64,000 nucleotides of DNA, taken from Bacillota bacterium. Its GTDB lineage: Bacteria; Bacillota; UBA4882; UBA8346. Below the pieces are notes generated by a model. The model was given only the letters and a program-made list of their open reading frames with translations, was not told the DNA's origin and made no database searches. The stretch covers positions 1 to 64,000 of the forward strand of contig JAEXDA010000029.1 of NCBI GenBank assembly GCA_023401925.1, read 5' to 3'. How positions within the stretch are numbered: position 1 is the stretch's first letter; every line of letters begins with the position of its first letter. Below are positions 30,040 to 40,920 of the stretch, piece by piece. The position numbers were made by a program, and so were the translations under genes.

Positions 30040-31506
30040 ATGAAAAATATTAAGGATGTCAGAAAGAAAACTCACGGAGGATTACCGGAAAAAGTTTTAC
30101 AAATTGGAGAAGGCAACTTTTTACGCGGGTTTGCGGATTGGATGATTGAACGTACAAATAGCGCCGGTTATTTTAACGGTAGCGTGGTACTTTGTCAGCC
30201 TATTCAGGCGGGGATGGCGGAACAAATCAATGCTCAGAACGGTATTTATACGGTGATGATGCGTGGAGTGGAAAATAATGAAATCGTGGAACGAATCCAG
30301 GAGATTACTTCCATTTCACGCTGCATTAACCCTTTTTCCGACTATGAGGCATTGGTTGAAATCGCTCAAAGTCCGGAGTTAAAAGTGATTATCAGCAATA
30401 CAACCGAAGCCGGGATTGCCTATCGGGTCGGTGACAAGCTAACCGATAAACCTCCCGTAAGCTATCCCGCCAAGTTGACCGTATTGCTTTATGAGAGATT
30501 TAAAAAAATGATGGGACAGGAAGATAAAGGATTATTGATTTTACCTGTTGAATTAATCGAAAGAAACGGTGACAACCTTAAACGGTACGTGCTACAATAT
30601 GCAGAAGAGTGGGGACTTGGAGGAGCATTTACCGAGTGGCTGGAAAACGCCAATTGTTTCGCCAATACGCTGGTGGATCGGATCGTTACCGGTTACCCGC
30701 GGGATGAGATCAAAGAAATTCGGGAATCTTTGGGATATGAAGACAATATCCTGGTCACCTGTGAACCTTTTAATCTCTGGGTGATTGAGGCTCCGGAAAA
30801 GTGGGCCAAAGTAATTCCTTTTCAAGGTGATAACGTTCACGTTATTTGGACTTCGGATATGACTCCTTATCGTACCCGTAAAGTGCGTATTTTAAATGGA
30901 GCCCATACCGTGAGCGTGCTGGCGGCATATTTAGCCGGCCATGATATTGTGCTTTCCATGATGAAGGACAAGGTGTTTGAACAGTATTTGAGAAAATGTA
31001 TCTGGAATGAAATCATTCCGAACATTCCTCTCCCCCAAAAAGAGATGAATGAATTTGCCAATGCTGTGTTTGAACGGTTTGCCAATCCTTTTATCAAACA
31101 CCGGCTTCTTGATATCAGCTTGAATTCGGTATCAAAATATAAGGCGCGCTGTTTGCCGTCTTTATTGGATTATATCCATAAATATCATAAATTACCTCAG
31201 ATATTGCCGTTCGGATTTGCCGCATTGATAGCCTTTTACAGAGGCAAAATGCAGGATGGTAAGTATATCGGAAATCGTGGCGAAGAAACCTATGAGATCC
31301 ATGATAACCCTGAAGTCTTGGAGTTTTTCGCCAAAGCGTGGCAGAGTCCGGATAATATCGTCCGAAAGGTTCTCGCAAATACGGATTTTTGGGGAGAGGA
31401 CTTGACGAAAATCAAAGGCCTCCAGGAACTTGTCGAAGAATATCTTGGCTCGATTATTCATGACGGAGCGGCGCTTGCCGTTAAAAATTTCGTGGAGAGT
31501 CTTTGA
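30040..31506 (+). CDS. uxaB: Altronate oxidoreductase / tagaturonate reductase (mannitol dehydrogenase family)
   Basis: VLQIGEGNFLRGFADWMIE N-terminus and length (488 aa) match UxaB. Confidence 0.8.
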   Translation: MKNIKDVRKKTHGGLPEKVLQIGEGNFLRGFADWMIERTNSAGYFNGSVVLCQPIQAGMAEQINAQNGIYTVMMRGVENNEIVERIQEITSISRCINPFSDYEALVEIAQSPELKVIISNTTEAGIAYRVGDKLTDKPPVSYPAKLTVLLYERFKKMMGQEDKGLLILPVELIERNGDNLKRYVLQYAEEWGLGGAFTEWLENANCFANTLVDRIVTGYPRDEIKEIRESLGYEDNILVTCEPFNLWVIEAPEKWAKVIPFQGDNVHVIWTSDMTPYRTRKVRILNGAHTVSVLAAYLAGHDIVLSMMKDKVFEQYLRKCIWNEIIPNIPLPQKEMNEFANAVFERFANPFIKHRLLDISLNSVSKYKARCLPSLLDYIHKYHKLPQILPFGFAALIAFYRGKMQDGKYIGNRGEETYEIHDNPEVLEFFAKAWQSPDNIVRKVLANTDFWGEDLTKIKGLQELVEEYLGSIIHDGAALAVKNFVESL

Positions 31507-31507
31507 A

Positions 31508-32941
31508 ATGGATAAATTCATTAAAATTTCTCCCGGGGATAATGTAGTCGTTGCCGTCCAGGCTACTGAAGCCATACCGTTCGGGCATAAAAAAGCCCTT
31601 TGGGATATCAAACAAGGCGAAAACATCATTAAATACGGTTATCCGATTGGACATGCCACCAGCGACATCCAGGCCGGTAGTCATGTCCATACTCATAACT
31701 TGAAAACCAATCTCTCAGGAGTCATCGAATACTCCTACAAAGGAAACTTTCCGGCGGATTCCCAAAAACCGGCTGCAACTTTTCAGGGTTATCCGCGCAA
31801 AAACGGAAAAATCGGGATCCGCAATGAAGTATGGATTATTCCAACCGTAGGTTGTGTTAATAATACGGCTGAATTGATTCAAAAGAAAGCTCAAGAAAAA
31901 TACGGACATTTAGGTGATGGAATTTTCTGTTTTACTCATCCCTACGGCTGTTCGCAAATGGGTGAAGATCAACTCTATACTCAGAAGCTCCTCGCTGGGC
32001 TGGTGAATCATCCCAATGCCGCTGGAGTGCTGGTATTGGGACTTGGCTGTGAAAATAACCATGTTGACGTATTCCGGCCTTTTCTGGGAGATTACGATCA
32101 GGACCGGGTCAAGTTTCTGGTCACTCAGAATGTTGAAGATGAAATTGCAGAAGGAATGAGTTTGATTGGTGATCTGGCTGAGCGGGCCTCCATGGAAAAA
32201 AGGCAACCGGTGAGCGCCGAACATTTGATTATCGGGCTTAAATGCGGTGGTTCGGATGCTTTTTCCGGTATCACGGCCAATCCTCTTTGCGGTAAAATCA
32301 CCAATGAAATATCCGCCCAAGGTGGGAGGGTTATTTTAACTGAAGTGCCTGAAATGTTCGGCGCTGAAACTATCTTGATGGAACGGGCAGCCGATGTTGA
32401 GGTTTTTGATGAAACTGTGGCGATGATTAACGGTTTCAAGGACTATTATACTGCTCACCATCAGGTGATTTATGAAAATCCTTCCCCTGGAAATAAAGCG
32501 GGAGGAATCACAACTCTTGAGGAAAAGTCTCTGGGCTGTATTCAAAAGGGCGGTCAGGCTAAGGTAACCGCGGTTTTGAAATATGGTGAGCCATGTCTGA
32601 AAAAGGGCTTGAATCTGCTTACCGGACCGGGAAACGATATCGTTTCCTGCACCAATATGACGGCAGCCGGAGCGCATCTGATTTTATTTACCACCGGGAG
32701 GGGGACCCCGTTGGGCGCCCCGGTTCCGACAATAAAAATTGCATCCAATTCCGGCTTAGCCGCGCGTAAACCCGGCTGGATCGACTACGATGCAGGAAAA
32801 ATCCTTGATAATTTTAGTATGGAAGATAGCGCCGGTGAATTATGGCAATTGATTTTAAATGTAGCCTCAGGGAAGAAAACCCAAAATGAGGAGCATGGAT
32901 ATAGAGAGATTGCCATTTTTAAAGATGGCGTTACTTTATAA
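31508..32941 (+). CDS. uxaA: Altronate dehydratase
   Basis: MDKFIKISPGDNVVVAV...IKYGYPIGHATSDIQAGSHVHTHN SAF-domain N-terminus and overall UxaA/GarD layout. Real start is the ATG at 31508; the listed ORF is extended upstream. Confidence 0.85.
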   Translation: MDKFIKISPGDNVVVAVQATEAIPFGHKKALWDIKQGENIIKYGYPIGHATSDIQAGSHVHTHNLKTNLSGVIEYSYKGNFPADSQKPAATFQGYPRKNGKIGIRNEVWIIPTVGCVNNTAELIQKKAQEKYGHLGDGIFCFTHPYGCSQMGEDQLYTQKLLAGLVNHPNAAGVLVLGLGCENNHVDVFRPFLGDYDQDRVKFLVTQNVEDEIAEGMSLIGDLAERASMEKRQPVSAEHLIIGLKCGGSDAFSGITANPLCGKITNEISAQGGRVILTEVPEMFGAETILMERAADVEVFDETVAMINGFKDYYTAHHQVIYENPSPGNKAGGITTLEEKSLGCIQKGGQAKVTAVLKYGEPCLKKGLNLLTGPGNDIVSCTNMTAAGAHLILFTTGRGTPLGAPVPTIKIASNSGLAARKPGWIDYDAGKILDNFSMEDSAGELWQLILNVASGKKTQNEEHGYREIAIFKDGVTL

Positions 32942-32965
32942 AATTGAAACAGGAGGGTATGTCAC

Positions 32966-34063
32966 TTGAGTTTGGATCTGAAATTACGCGAGAAAAGTTC
33001 GTATGATGCAATTTCGTTAGGAGAAATTATGCTGCGCCTCGATCCCGGTGATGGCCGGATTCGGACAGCCAGGCAATTCAAAGCCTGGGAAGGCGGGGGC
33101 GAGTATAATGTAGTCCGGGGTTTACGCAAGTGTTTTGGACTTAAAACTGCGGCTGTTACCGCGTTGGCTGATAATGAAATCGGGCGTTTGGTTGAAGACT
33201 TCATGATGCAGGGCGGGGTCGATACATCACTGATTAAATGGTTTCCCTATGATGGAATCGGCAGAACCGTTCGTAACGGCTTGAATTTTACCGAGCGCGG
33301 ATTCGGTATCCGTGGCGCCGTTGGTGTTTCGGACCGGGGAAATACGGCTGTATCCCAATTAAAACCGGGAGATATCGACTGGGAATATGTTTTTGGGACC
33401 CTGGGAGTCCGCTGGCTCCACACCGGGGGTATCTTCGCCGCGTTATCGGAGACAACGGCCCAGGTTGTTATTGAGGCCGTGATGGCTGCTAAAAAGCATG
33501 GCACGGTTGTATCCTATGATTTAAATTATCGTCCATCCATGTGGAAAAATATTGGCGGTAAGGAAAAAGCCCAGGAAGTCAACAAAACGATTGCCAAATA
33601 TATTGACGTTATGATTGGAAACGAAGAAGATTTTACCGCTTGTCTTGGTTTTGAAGTGGAAGGGAATGATGAGAACCTCAAGGAGTTAAACATGGAGGGG
33701 TATAAAAAAATGCTTGGTAATGCAACCAAAGCCTATCCCAACTTTAAAGTCATTGCTACCACTTTGCGGACTGTGAAAACAGCCACGGTAAATGATTGGA
33801 AAGCCATGGTTTATGCAGACGGAAATATTTATTTTTCCAATGAGTATCCAAACCTGGAAATCTACGATCGGGTCGGTGGCGGTGACAGTTTTGCCTCCGG
33901 TCTGATTTACGGGTTAATGACAACCGGAGACGCCCAAAAGGCGGTTAATTACGGAGCTGCCCACGGCGCACTGGCAATGACCACACCGGGTGATACTTCC
34001 ATGGCAACCAAAAATGAAGTTGAGGCGCTCATCAAAGGGGCCGGTGCAAGGGTGCAAAGATAA
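32966..34063 (+). CDS. kdgK: PfkB-family sugar kinase, 2-dehydro-3-deoxygluconokinase-like
   Basis: Ribokinase-fold motifs (GGGEYNV...; C-terminal DRVGGGDSFASG anion hole). Position between uxaA and eda. Confidence 0.75.
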   Translation: MSLDLKLREKSSYDAISLGEIMLRLDPGDGRIRTARQFKAWEGGGEYNVVRGLRKCFGLKTAAVTALADNEIGRLVEDFMMQGGVDTSLIKWFPYDGIGRTVRNGLNFTERGFGIRGAVGVSDRGNTAVSQLKPGDIDWEYVFGTLGVRWLHTGGIFAALSETTAQVVIEAVMAAKKHGTVVSYDLNYRPSMWKNIGGKEKAQEVNKTIAKYIDVMIGNEEDFTACLGFEVEGNDENLKELNMEGYKKMLGNATKAYPNFKVIATTLRTVKTATVNDWKAMVYADGNIYFSNEYPNLEIYDRVGGGDSFASGLIYGLMTTGDAQKAVNYGAAHGALAMTTPGDTSMATKNEVEALIKGAGARVQR

Positions 34064-34113
34064 GGAAAACTTTCGAAGTAAGGTTGATCAATATGAATGA
34101 GGTGTGAAAAGAA

Positions 34114-34758
34114 ATGAAAAAAGAACAGGTATTATCCAAAATCAAAGAGGCCGGTATTGTGGCTGTGGTACGGGCTGAGTCCAGCGATCAAGCCAAACGT
34201 ATTGCCGATGCTTGTATAGAAGGCGGAGTTGCGGCAATCGAATTGACATTTACTGTTCCCGGGGCTCATCGGGTCATCGAGGAATTGGCCGCTACCTATA
34301 CGAAGGGTGAAATCATTTTAGGCGCCGGGACGGTGCTCGATCCGGAAACGGCCAGAATTGCAATACTTTCCGGTGCGGAATATATTGTGAGCCCTTGTTT
34401 GAATCCGGATATGGTCCGTTTGTGCAACCGTTATCGAATCGCCTGCATGCCGGGGATTATGACCCTTCGGGATGCGGTGGAAGCTTTGGAACTGGGTGTT
34501 GATATTCTTAAACTTTTCCCGGGTGAAGCTTTCGGACCCAAAATGATTAAAGCCATTGCCGGTCCGTTGCCACAGGCGAGCATTATGCCAACGGGCGGAG
34601 TCGATGTGGATAACGTCGGAGAATGGATTAAAGCGGGAGCTGTGGCCGTGGGCGCAGGCGGCGCTTTGACTGCGGGAGCCAAAAAAGGCGACTATGAATC
34701 CATAACCAAACTGGGCCGTGAATTTGTAAACAATATCAAGGCGGCACGCCAAAAATAA
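34114..34758 (+). CDS. eda: KDPG / KHG aldolase
   Basis: Eda-family TIM-barrel aldolase motifs (AIELTFT...GAGTV...KLFPG). 214 aa. Confidence 0.85.
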   Translation: MKKEQVLSKIKEAGIVAVVRAESSDQAKRIADACIEGGVAAIELTFTVPGAHRVIEELAATYTKGEIILGAGTVLDPETARIAILSGAEYIVSPCLNPDMVRLCNRYRIACMPGIMTLRDAVEALELGVDILKLFPGEAFGPKMIKAIAGPLPQASIMPTGGVDVDNVGEWIKAGAVAVGAGGALTAGAKKGDYESITKLGREFVNNIKAARQK

Positions 34759-34794
34759 AACGGCTTTGCCATCAATATTTATTTAGATAAAGGT

Positions 34795-34925
34795 AAATAT
34801 TGCACAAAAGCTGTTGCGAAATGAATTCATCGATAGAGAGATACAATATAAACTTCTGCTCATGATCAGTGGATATATTGTATCTTTCATTGATGTTACC
34901 ATTCATTCGCGACAGCTTTTTTGAT
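34795..34925 (+). terminator. Long nested inverted repeat downstream of eda (outer arms ~20 bp, inner arms ~12 bp), ending in a T-run. Terminator or structured RNA
   Basis: AAAAGCTGTTGCGAAATGAAT...ATTCATTCGCGACAGCTTTTTT with inner AGATACAATATA...TATATTGTATCT. Confidence 0.4.
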
Positions 34926-35081
34926 TGGAGTCGATAAAAAAACAAATTGTTAATGAACAGTAAACTTGTAAAAGCAGGGAGAATGGGAAAAAATTTTTTA
35001 TCGGGCACGGGGGAATTATGAGTTATAAAGAAGAATTAAAGGGGATATCGTAAGTTTTAAAAAGGGGTTAAGAGGTTAATC

Positions 35082-35756
35082 ATGATGAAACGAATCATTC
35101 ATTTGTCAACTTTGATACTTTTATCAGTACTTCTATTTTCCTCTGGTACGGGATACACAATAATCCGGGCAATTCCAGTAGAGTATCTTGCCGGATCATC
35201 CAAGATCGGCTGGATTGAGAAATTAGCTGATAAGAGTTTTTCGGGTTTGAGTACCACCACCCACCCAACGATTGCTGTCAATTTGTTCAGGGATGAACGT
35301 GAAAATACCGATAGTACAGGTGCTATTTACAGCCGGTCCGGAAAAAAGCTTGAGACCCTGGTGACTGACAAAAAACCAACGGAAATAATTGAAAAGAATC
35401 TGGCCGAACAGCTCCAAAAAGCCGGGTATAACGTTATTCTCACTTCGGGTTGGAATTTGAATGCTGAAAAAGTACCTAGTTATTTGGGAACTGATTTGAT
35501 TTTAGGCGGACAAGTGAAAGAGTTCTGGGTGGAGTCCAAGGCGGGGGTGATCACTTCGACCATACGCTCTAAAGTTGTTTATGACCTGGTAATTGCCAAT
35601 ATTCATCAAAAAAGGCTAATCTATAAAGGGCAAGCGGAAGGTAACGATTCCCGAAAATCCCTGGCCCATGCTAGCGATTATTTTTGGACGGATATGGGAA
35701 CTTCTCTCAGCCAATCTTTAACCAAAGCAATCAATGAACCGGTGAGTCAGAAATAG
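35082..35756 (+). CDS. Secreted or lipoprotein-like hypothetical protein
   Basis: N-terminal signal sequence. No recognisable catalytic motifs. 224 aa. Confidence 0.35.
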   Translation: MMKRIIHLSTLILLSVLLFSSGTGYTIIRAIPVEYLAGSSKIGWIEKLADKSFSGLSTTTHPTIAVNLFRDERENTDSTGAIYSRSGKKLETLVTDKKPTEIIEKNLAEQLQKAGYNVILTSGWNLNAEKVPSYLGTDLILGGQVKEFWVESKAGVITSTIRSKVVYDLVIANIHQKRLIYKGQAEGNDSRKSLAHASDYFWTDMGTSLSQSLTKAINEPVSQK

Positions 35757-35825
35757 TAACGATAAAAAAATGAAGATGATCGTTTATGGGTAATTATTAA
35801 CCGCCTAAGCTCTTTCTACAGGCGG

Positions 35826-37421
35826 TTAATAATTTAAACGAAATGTTAAATCAATAAAGTTCTTCGCAAAATCCCAACCGATACCGAATTTAATACAATC
35901 GACTTCCCGCGCAATGCCGGCAACTTGGCTCACCCATTCGTCATTTCGCAGATTATAGGTACCGGTGGTATAAACAAAATAATGAGGGTTAAAGGGAAGT
36001 TTCATACCGTAAATGAGATTGCCGCCCAGCCGGTAACCATCGACCACTAAAAACTTTTTCTCCAAATGTCCCCAATCCTGGTCTGAGCCACTAAGGTTTT
36101 GGATATAAAGATAACTCAAATTGAAATCAGGCGTCAGTTGGTAATCCAAACGGTAGCCCCCATCGATCCCCTGATAGGTTGTATCAGACTTTTCATCATA
36201 AAGAAGTCTTCCAAATACTCCCACTTGCCAGTTTCCGTAATCAGTTCTCCAGGCCTTTTTAGTGAAAGTCGCTCCAAGTTCGCGCTTGGGGTCGGCATTC
36301 AAGTCCGTTTTTCCATCAATGGTGAGATTATACAGATCCCAGTCGATCTGATAAATATCATTGACGCTAAAGATTCCTTCCGAATCGAAGTTCACGTCGA
36401 TTTCATTGGACAAGTCGTTCCATTCATAAATTCGTCCGATGGTAACCCGGGAAGGTTTGTCATTGGTATTGATTTCCCCACTAAACCGCGGACTGACCCG
36501 GGCTTTTTTCCTTTTTGGAGCGGATAGATCTGCTGAACCTCCCGATTGGACATTGTTATCGGATGGCTGAGTGGCAGCACTGGTTGACTCCGTGGAATTA
36601 ATTTGCGGGTCCGAATTTCCCACCTTTTCGTCAGCAGCTTGTGCTTTATTGATTACATCATTCAAGTCGGGTTGTGTGCCTTGGTTAGCACTTAAATTGA
36701 TATGGGGCAATGATTCCCCCCGAAGGGCCATATGAGGCAAATAAAGCAAGGGAATCCCCATGATCTTGAAGACTACTTTCTCCATATAAACATGTTTACC
36801 TTGGCTGATCATCCTTTTACCAGAAAATACATAGTCGGCAAAATCTTTACGGGGACAACGGGTTATCGTTGCCGGGGAAATGATTACCGTGTCTCCCTTG
36901 AATTCGGCGTTTTTTCCAGTCACATAAAAATCCTTGTCTTTGCCCTTAATAACGCCCTGGATGGACGGACCGCCTTCGCCGGTATTTTGACTCAGGTTAA
37001 AACGAATCTTTTCCATTGAAAAACTTTGCTCCGGATTTTCCAGTTGAATGGAACCGGATGCCTCCAGCCAACCGGTTTTAAGATTGAGGGTAAGATGATT
37101 GGCCCGGATGGATATGGTATCTTTCATAAGCATTACGTTGCCATCAAGGACTACCAAGTTTTGATTTCCATAAAAAATCAAAGAATCCGTCTCGATCGTG
37201 ATATTATCAAGAGTCACTCGGGCGTGGCTCATATTGGTAAAGGTGTTTTGTTTCGGGTCATATTGCTGCTTTCCCATGGTATCGATGGTGATATTCTTAA
37301 AATGAATCGTTTTGACCGGGCTGTCGGCCAAAGCGGGCATGGCAAACAAGACGATTGACACGATAGTTATCAGCCATATTAAGCACGCGTTCGTGCGGAG
37401 TTTTTGTAAATACAAACGCAT
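35826..37421 (-). CDS. LptD/OstA-family outer-membrane protein (OstA-like N-terminal beta-jellyroll, low-complexity linker, beta-rich C-terminus ending in an aromatic residue)
   Basis: Signal peptide. Repeated antiparallel-strand pattern typical of the LptA/LptD N-domain. C-terminus ...TFRLNY. Confidence 0.45.
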   Translation of the reverse strand: MRLYLQKLRTNACLIWLITIVSIVLFAMPALADSPVKTIHFKNITIDTMGKQQYDPKQNTFTNMSHARVTLDNITIETDSLIFYGNQNLVVLDGNVMLMKDTISIRANHLTLNLKTGWLEASGSIQLENPEQSFSMEKIRFNLSQNTGEGGPSIQGVIKGKDKDFYVTGKNAEFKGDTVIISPATITRCPRKDFADYVFSGKRMISQGKHVYMEKVVFKIMGIPLLYLPHMALRGESLPHINLSANQGTQPDLNDVINKAQAADEKVGNSDPQINSTESTSAATQPSDNNVQSGGSADLSAPKRKKARVSPRFSGEINTNDKPSRVTIGRIYEWNDLSNEIDVNFDSEGIFSVNDIYQIDWDLYNLTIDGKTDLNADPKRELGATFTKKAWRTDYGNWQVGVFGRLLYDEKSDTTYQGIDGGYRLDYQLTPDFNLSYLYIQNLSGSDQDWGHLEKKFLVVDGYRLGGNLIYGMKLPFNPHYFVYTTGTYNLRNDEWVSQVAGIAREVDCIKFGIGWDFAKNFIDLTFRLNY

Positions 37422-37777
37422 TCAAGCTCCTGATAAGACATTTATTTAATTATATTCCATTTCACTTTCAATAACGCAATTTATCATAATTAGTTGTATT
37501 AAATTCTCGTAAAAAAATGAGAATCCCTGCTTTTTATCACCAGGCCATTTACAAGTAACACGTTCTCTCAATAACCGCTCAATGATTATGAACGTTTACT
37601 TGAGCAGAGCGTATCTTCCCCATTTCTGATTGCCGGTTACTCTACTAGTTTCCCCAACCATCGTTGAAAGATTAATCCCTATTAAATATATTATTTTAAT
37701 TTGACTTATAGGTCTAGATACCCTATGATGAGTTTAAGGAAAAAGATGAAATATTAGGATGCTGGAGGCTCGAAGAT

Positions 37778-38575
37778 TTGGATAAAATTCAAGCGTTGAA
37801 AGAATTGTTGCAGAAAATGCCAGGAGCGGTAATTGCTTATTCCGGCGGAGTTGACAGTACTTTTTTGGCAGTGATGGCGCATGAGGTATTAGGAGATAAG
37901 ACTTTAGCCATTACTGCAGTTTCTCCCACTTACCCCGAACAACAATTAACGGAAGCCGAAGCCTTGGCTAAAAAATTCGGTCTAGCCCATAAAATAATTC
38001 AAACCAATGAATTTGATGATACCAACTATGTTGCCAATCCGGCCAACCGCTGTTATTATTGTAAGTTGTCCTTGTTCAAGGAATTATGCCGTATCGCGAG
38101 TGAAAAAGGTTGGGTTGTCTTAGACGGCGCCAACATAGACGACTTATCAGATCATAGGCCCGGCCATCAGGCCGCTAAAGAAATGGGAGTTCGTAGCCCT
38201 TTGCAGGAAGCGGGTTTATCAAAACAGGATATCAGGGATTTCTCAAGGAAAAAGTCTTTGCCAACCTGGAATAAGCCTGCGTATGCTTGTCTCGCCTCAC
38301 GGATTCCTTATGGAAGCAAAATCACTCCCGAAAATTTGAAACGGATTGATAGGGCGGAGAATTTTTTAAACGATTTGGGCTTCACGCAGTTCAGAGTGAG
38401 GGATCATTTTCCCATTGCCAGAGTTGAAGTTTCTGCCGAGCAGTTGGATACAGCGTGGCAAAACCGGGAGAAAATCAGTACTGGACTGCATGAGTTGGGA
38501 TTCACTTACGTTACCCTTGATTTGGATGGTTTCCGTTCCGGGAGCATGAATGAAACCCTCAAGATGAAGCTTTAA
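37778..38575 (+). CDS. LarE-like PP-loop ATP pyrophosphatase (TIGR00268 family)
   Basis: AYSGGVDSTFL PP-loop motif, ~265 aa, and overall similarity to the sacrificial sulfur transferase LarE. No larB or larC in the window. Confidence 0.65.
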   Translation: MDKIQALKELLQKMPGAVIAYSGGVDSTFLAVMAHEVLGDKTLAITAVSPTYPEQQLTEAEALAKKFGLAHKIIQTNEFDDTNYVANPANRCYYCKLSLFKELCRIASEKGWVVLDGANIDDLSDHRPGHQAAKEMGVRSPLQEAGLSKQDIRDFSRKKSLPTWNKPAYACLASRIPYGSKITPENLKRIDRAENFLNDLGFTQFRVRDHFPIARVEVSAEQLDTAWQNREKISTGLHELGFTYVTLDLDGFRSGSMNETLKMKL

Positions 38576-38900
38576 GATATTGAGAATCATTTTCAGTTCC
38601 AGAACTATGCCTTTAGCTGCAAAAGATGCTAAAGAAAGGTTATATCGTACAGTATCTCCGTGTTTCTGTGGTCAGATCATTTGGCCGCCAAGACACGGAG
38701 ATTTTAGTTTTATCAATGGGTTCCAGTAAAAGCGAGCTGTGCCAACTCGAACGGGCTTTCTAAAGAGAACATGGTGAACTTTCCTTTCTCCTCTCCCTGC
38801 CCGGGTTCTCTTGGTTTGATTTACTGTTTTAGTGAATAGATTGAGAACGAAATGTTCAACCTAAGGCTAATAATTTATTTCAAGTCGAAGCTGGTCACTA

Positions 38901-39896
38901 ATGCGAATCGGAATCCCCAATACATTATCCACAGCCTATCACTTAACTTATTGGCAAGAATTTTTCAGTCAGCTGGGTGTTGATGTCGTTATTTCCAAGG
39001 GTAGCGGCAAAGAATCCATCGACATCGGTTCTAAGCTGATTCCTCACGAGTTTTGCATTCCTGTTAAAGCCTTTCTTGGTCATATCGTGGATTTGGTAAC
39101 CCAAAAGGTTGATCGGATTTTGGTCCCCAGATTACTGGATTGGAAGAATCATGAATTTTTTTGCCCGAAACTTACTGGACTTCCCGAAATCGTAAAATAT
39201 GCGCTGGAACTCGATGATGAGTTGTTTTTTGTACCCACGGTTACCTGTAATGGATTGGACCCCGAAATTATCCAGTACCCGCAGCCTAAGATTCAGTCGG
39301 CTACTCAATTAAAGCGGGCCCAAAATAGCGCCTTGCATCACTGGCGACAGACTCTGACTGATTGCCGTAAAAGACAGGTGATTTTATCGCAGACCGGGAT
39401 CAAGGAACAAAATCCAGGCGGCGCAGGTGAAGTTCGCCTGGGATTACTGGGCTATGCCTATATCCTTTATGATCCTTTTATTAGTAAAGGACTGATTCAG
39501 AAATTGGCCGCGATGGGATGTCAGATAACCACCTGGGAAATGCTTGAGAGCGAGAAAATAACCGGAAGTTTAAAAGAACTGAAAAGGCCCATGTTTTGGA
39601 ATTTCGGAAGGATTTTGCTGGGCGCGGGCCTTAATTTTTTGGCCGATAGCGAAATCGATGGAGTTATTTATGTTACTCCTTTCGGATGCGGCCCGGATTC
39701 AATCACTGTCAAGTTACTTGGCTTGCAAGCCTCAATGATCCAGAAACCTTTTTTACAAATCACACTGGATGAACACAGTGAAGACGGGCATTTGAAAACC
39801 CGTTTGGAAGCGTTTGTCGATATGTTCGCTTACGGAAAGAAGGGACAGCCCGTTGAAAATAACCTTCCCATACTTGGGTCCGGTACTTGCTTATGA
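38901..39896 (+). CDS. DUF2229 / HgdAB-like subunit of a benzoyl-CoA reductase / 2-hydroxyacyl-CoA dehydratase superfamily enzyme (YjiM-like)
   Basis: Conserved Cys motifs HEFCIPVKAF, FFCPKLTG and PFGCGPDS characteristic of the family. Confidence 0.55.
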   Translation: MRIGIPNTLSTAYHLTYWQEFFSQLGVDVVISKGSGKESIDIGSKLIPHEFCIPVKAFLGHIVDLVTQKVDRILVPRLLDWKNHEFFCPKLTGLPEIVKYALELDDELFFVPTVTCNGLDPEIIQYPQPKIQSATQLKRAQNSALHHWRQTLTDCRKRQVILSQTGIKEQNPGGAGEVRLGLLGYAYILYDPFISKGLIQKLAAMGCQITTWEMLESEKITGSLKELKRPMFWNFGRILLGAGLNFLADSEIDGVIYVTPFGCGPDSITVKLLGLQASMIQKPFLQITLDEHSEDGHLKTRLEAFVDMFAYGKKGQPVENNLPILGSGTCL

Positions 39897-40920
39897 GAAG
39901 ATGTTTGAACTCTTCGGTCACCAAGTGGTAGCGCCATCACCGCCAACTCCCAGGACTATTGAGCTTGGTGTCAAATATAGTCCGGAGTTTATCTGTTTTC
40001 CATTCAAAATTATTCTGGGAAGTTATTTGGATGCGATCCATCGCGGCGCCGAACTGATTGTGACCAGCGGAGGCGTCGGAGCTTGCAGGGCCGGCTATTT
40101 CGGGGCCCTAAGCGAGAAAATTTTGAACCAGTTGGGGTATAAGGTAAAAGTTTTGGTTTTCGATAGTGTCGTTAATGAATTTGCCACCTTTTACCGGCAG
40201 GGCCAGGAAATCCGTAATCATAAATCAATCGTTCAAACCATCGCGATACTATATTTAACCATCCAGCTTATTTTTGTCTTGGATAAATATGAAAAAAAAA
40301 TCAGCCAGCTTCGCCCCTATGAAAAAGTCCCCGGAACATGCAAGCGGAAATGGCGGGCGATTCAGACTTTGCTGGGTGGAAGCGGCAGCTTAAAAGAATT
40401 ACGGGCCAATATATCTCAGGCGGATCGATTGGTTGATGCGATCGAAGTTGAACCCAAGGAAGATAGCATTAAAATCGGCCTGCTGGGTGAAATTTATATG
40501 GTGATGGACGGCCCCATGAATGAGGAATTCGAAGAAAAATTAGCTTCCTTAGGGGTTCAGGTGGTACGGTACCGTTATATCTCTCAATGGTTGAAAAATG
40601 CGGTTCGGCCCGATTATGGGCTGTTAAAAAAGGCGGACCGTTATTTACAGTATGACCTTGGTGGTCATGAACGGGAGAACATCGGCCATATGATTCGCTT
40701 TAAAGAATTGGGTTACGATGGGGTCATCCATTTGCTGCCTTTTGGGTGCATGCCGGAACTTGTGACCCAGACGGTTATTCCTAAATTGATGAAAGATTTG
40801 GACTTGCCGATTTTATCGCTATCTCTCGATGAACAAACCGGATGGCTCAATAATCAGGTGAGACTGGAAGCTTTTGTCGATTTGCTGAAAAATCGCAAAG
40901 AATTGTTGAAGGAAGGATAA
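39853..40920 (+). CDS. Second DUF2229 / HgdAB-like subunit
   Basis: EFICFPFK and LLPFGCMPE motifs. Probable TTG start at 39853 with an AAGGGA ribosome-binding site; the listed ORF starts earlier and only overlaps the upstream gene because it is over-extended. Confidence 0.55.
   Translation: MKITFPYLGPVLAYEKMFELFGHQVVAPSPPTPRTIELGVKYSPEFICFPFKIILGSYLDAIHRGAELIVTSGGVGACRAGYFGALSEKILNQLGYKVKVLVFDSVVNEFATFYRQGQEIRNHKSIVQTIAILYLTIQLIFVLDKYEKKISQLRPYEKVPGTCKRKWRAIQTLLGGSGSLKELRANISQADRLVDAIEVEPKEDSIKIGLLGEIYMVMDGPMNEEFEEKLASLGVQVVRYRYISQWLKNAVRPDYGLLKKADRYLQYDLGGHERENIGHMIRFKELGYDGVIHLLPFGCMPELVTQTVIPKLMKDLDLPILSLSLDEQTGWLNNQVRLEAFVDLLKNRKELLKEG

Noticed and set aside
38901-40920. Apparent 83-nt overlap between consecutive DUF2229-like ORFs, suggesting a frameshifted single gene
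   Set aside because: The homologous N-terminus (KITFPYLG... aligned to the MRIGIPNTLS... of the first gene) begins at an in-frame TTG at 39853 with an AAGGGA ribosome-binding site, and the first gene has a clean stop. These are two separate paralogous subunits as in HgdA/HgdB, not a broken fusion.
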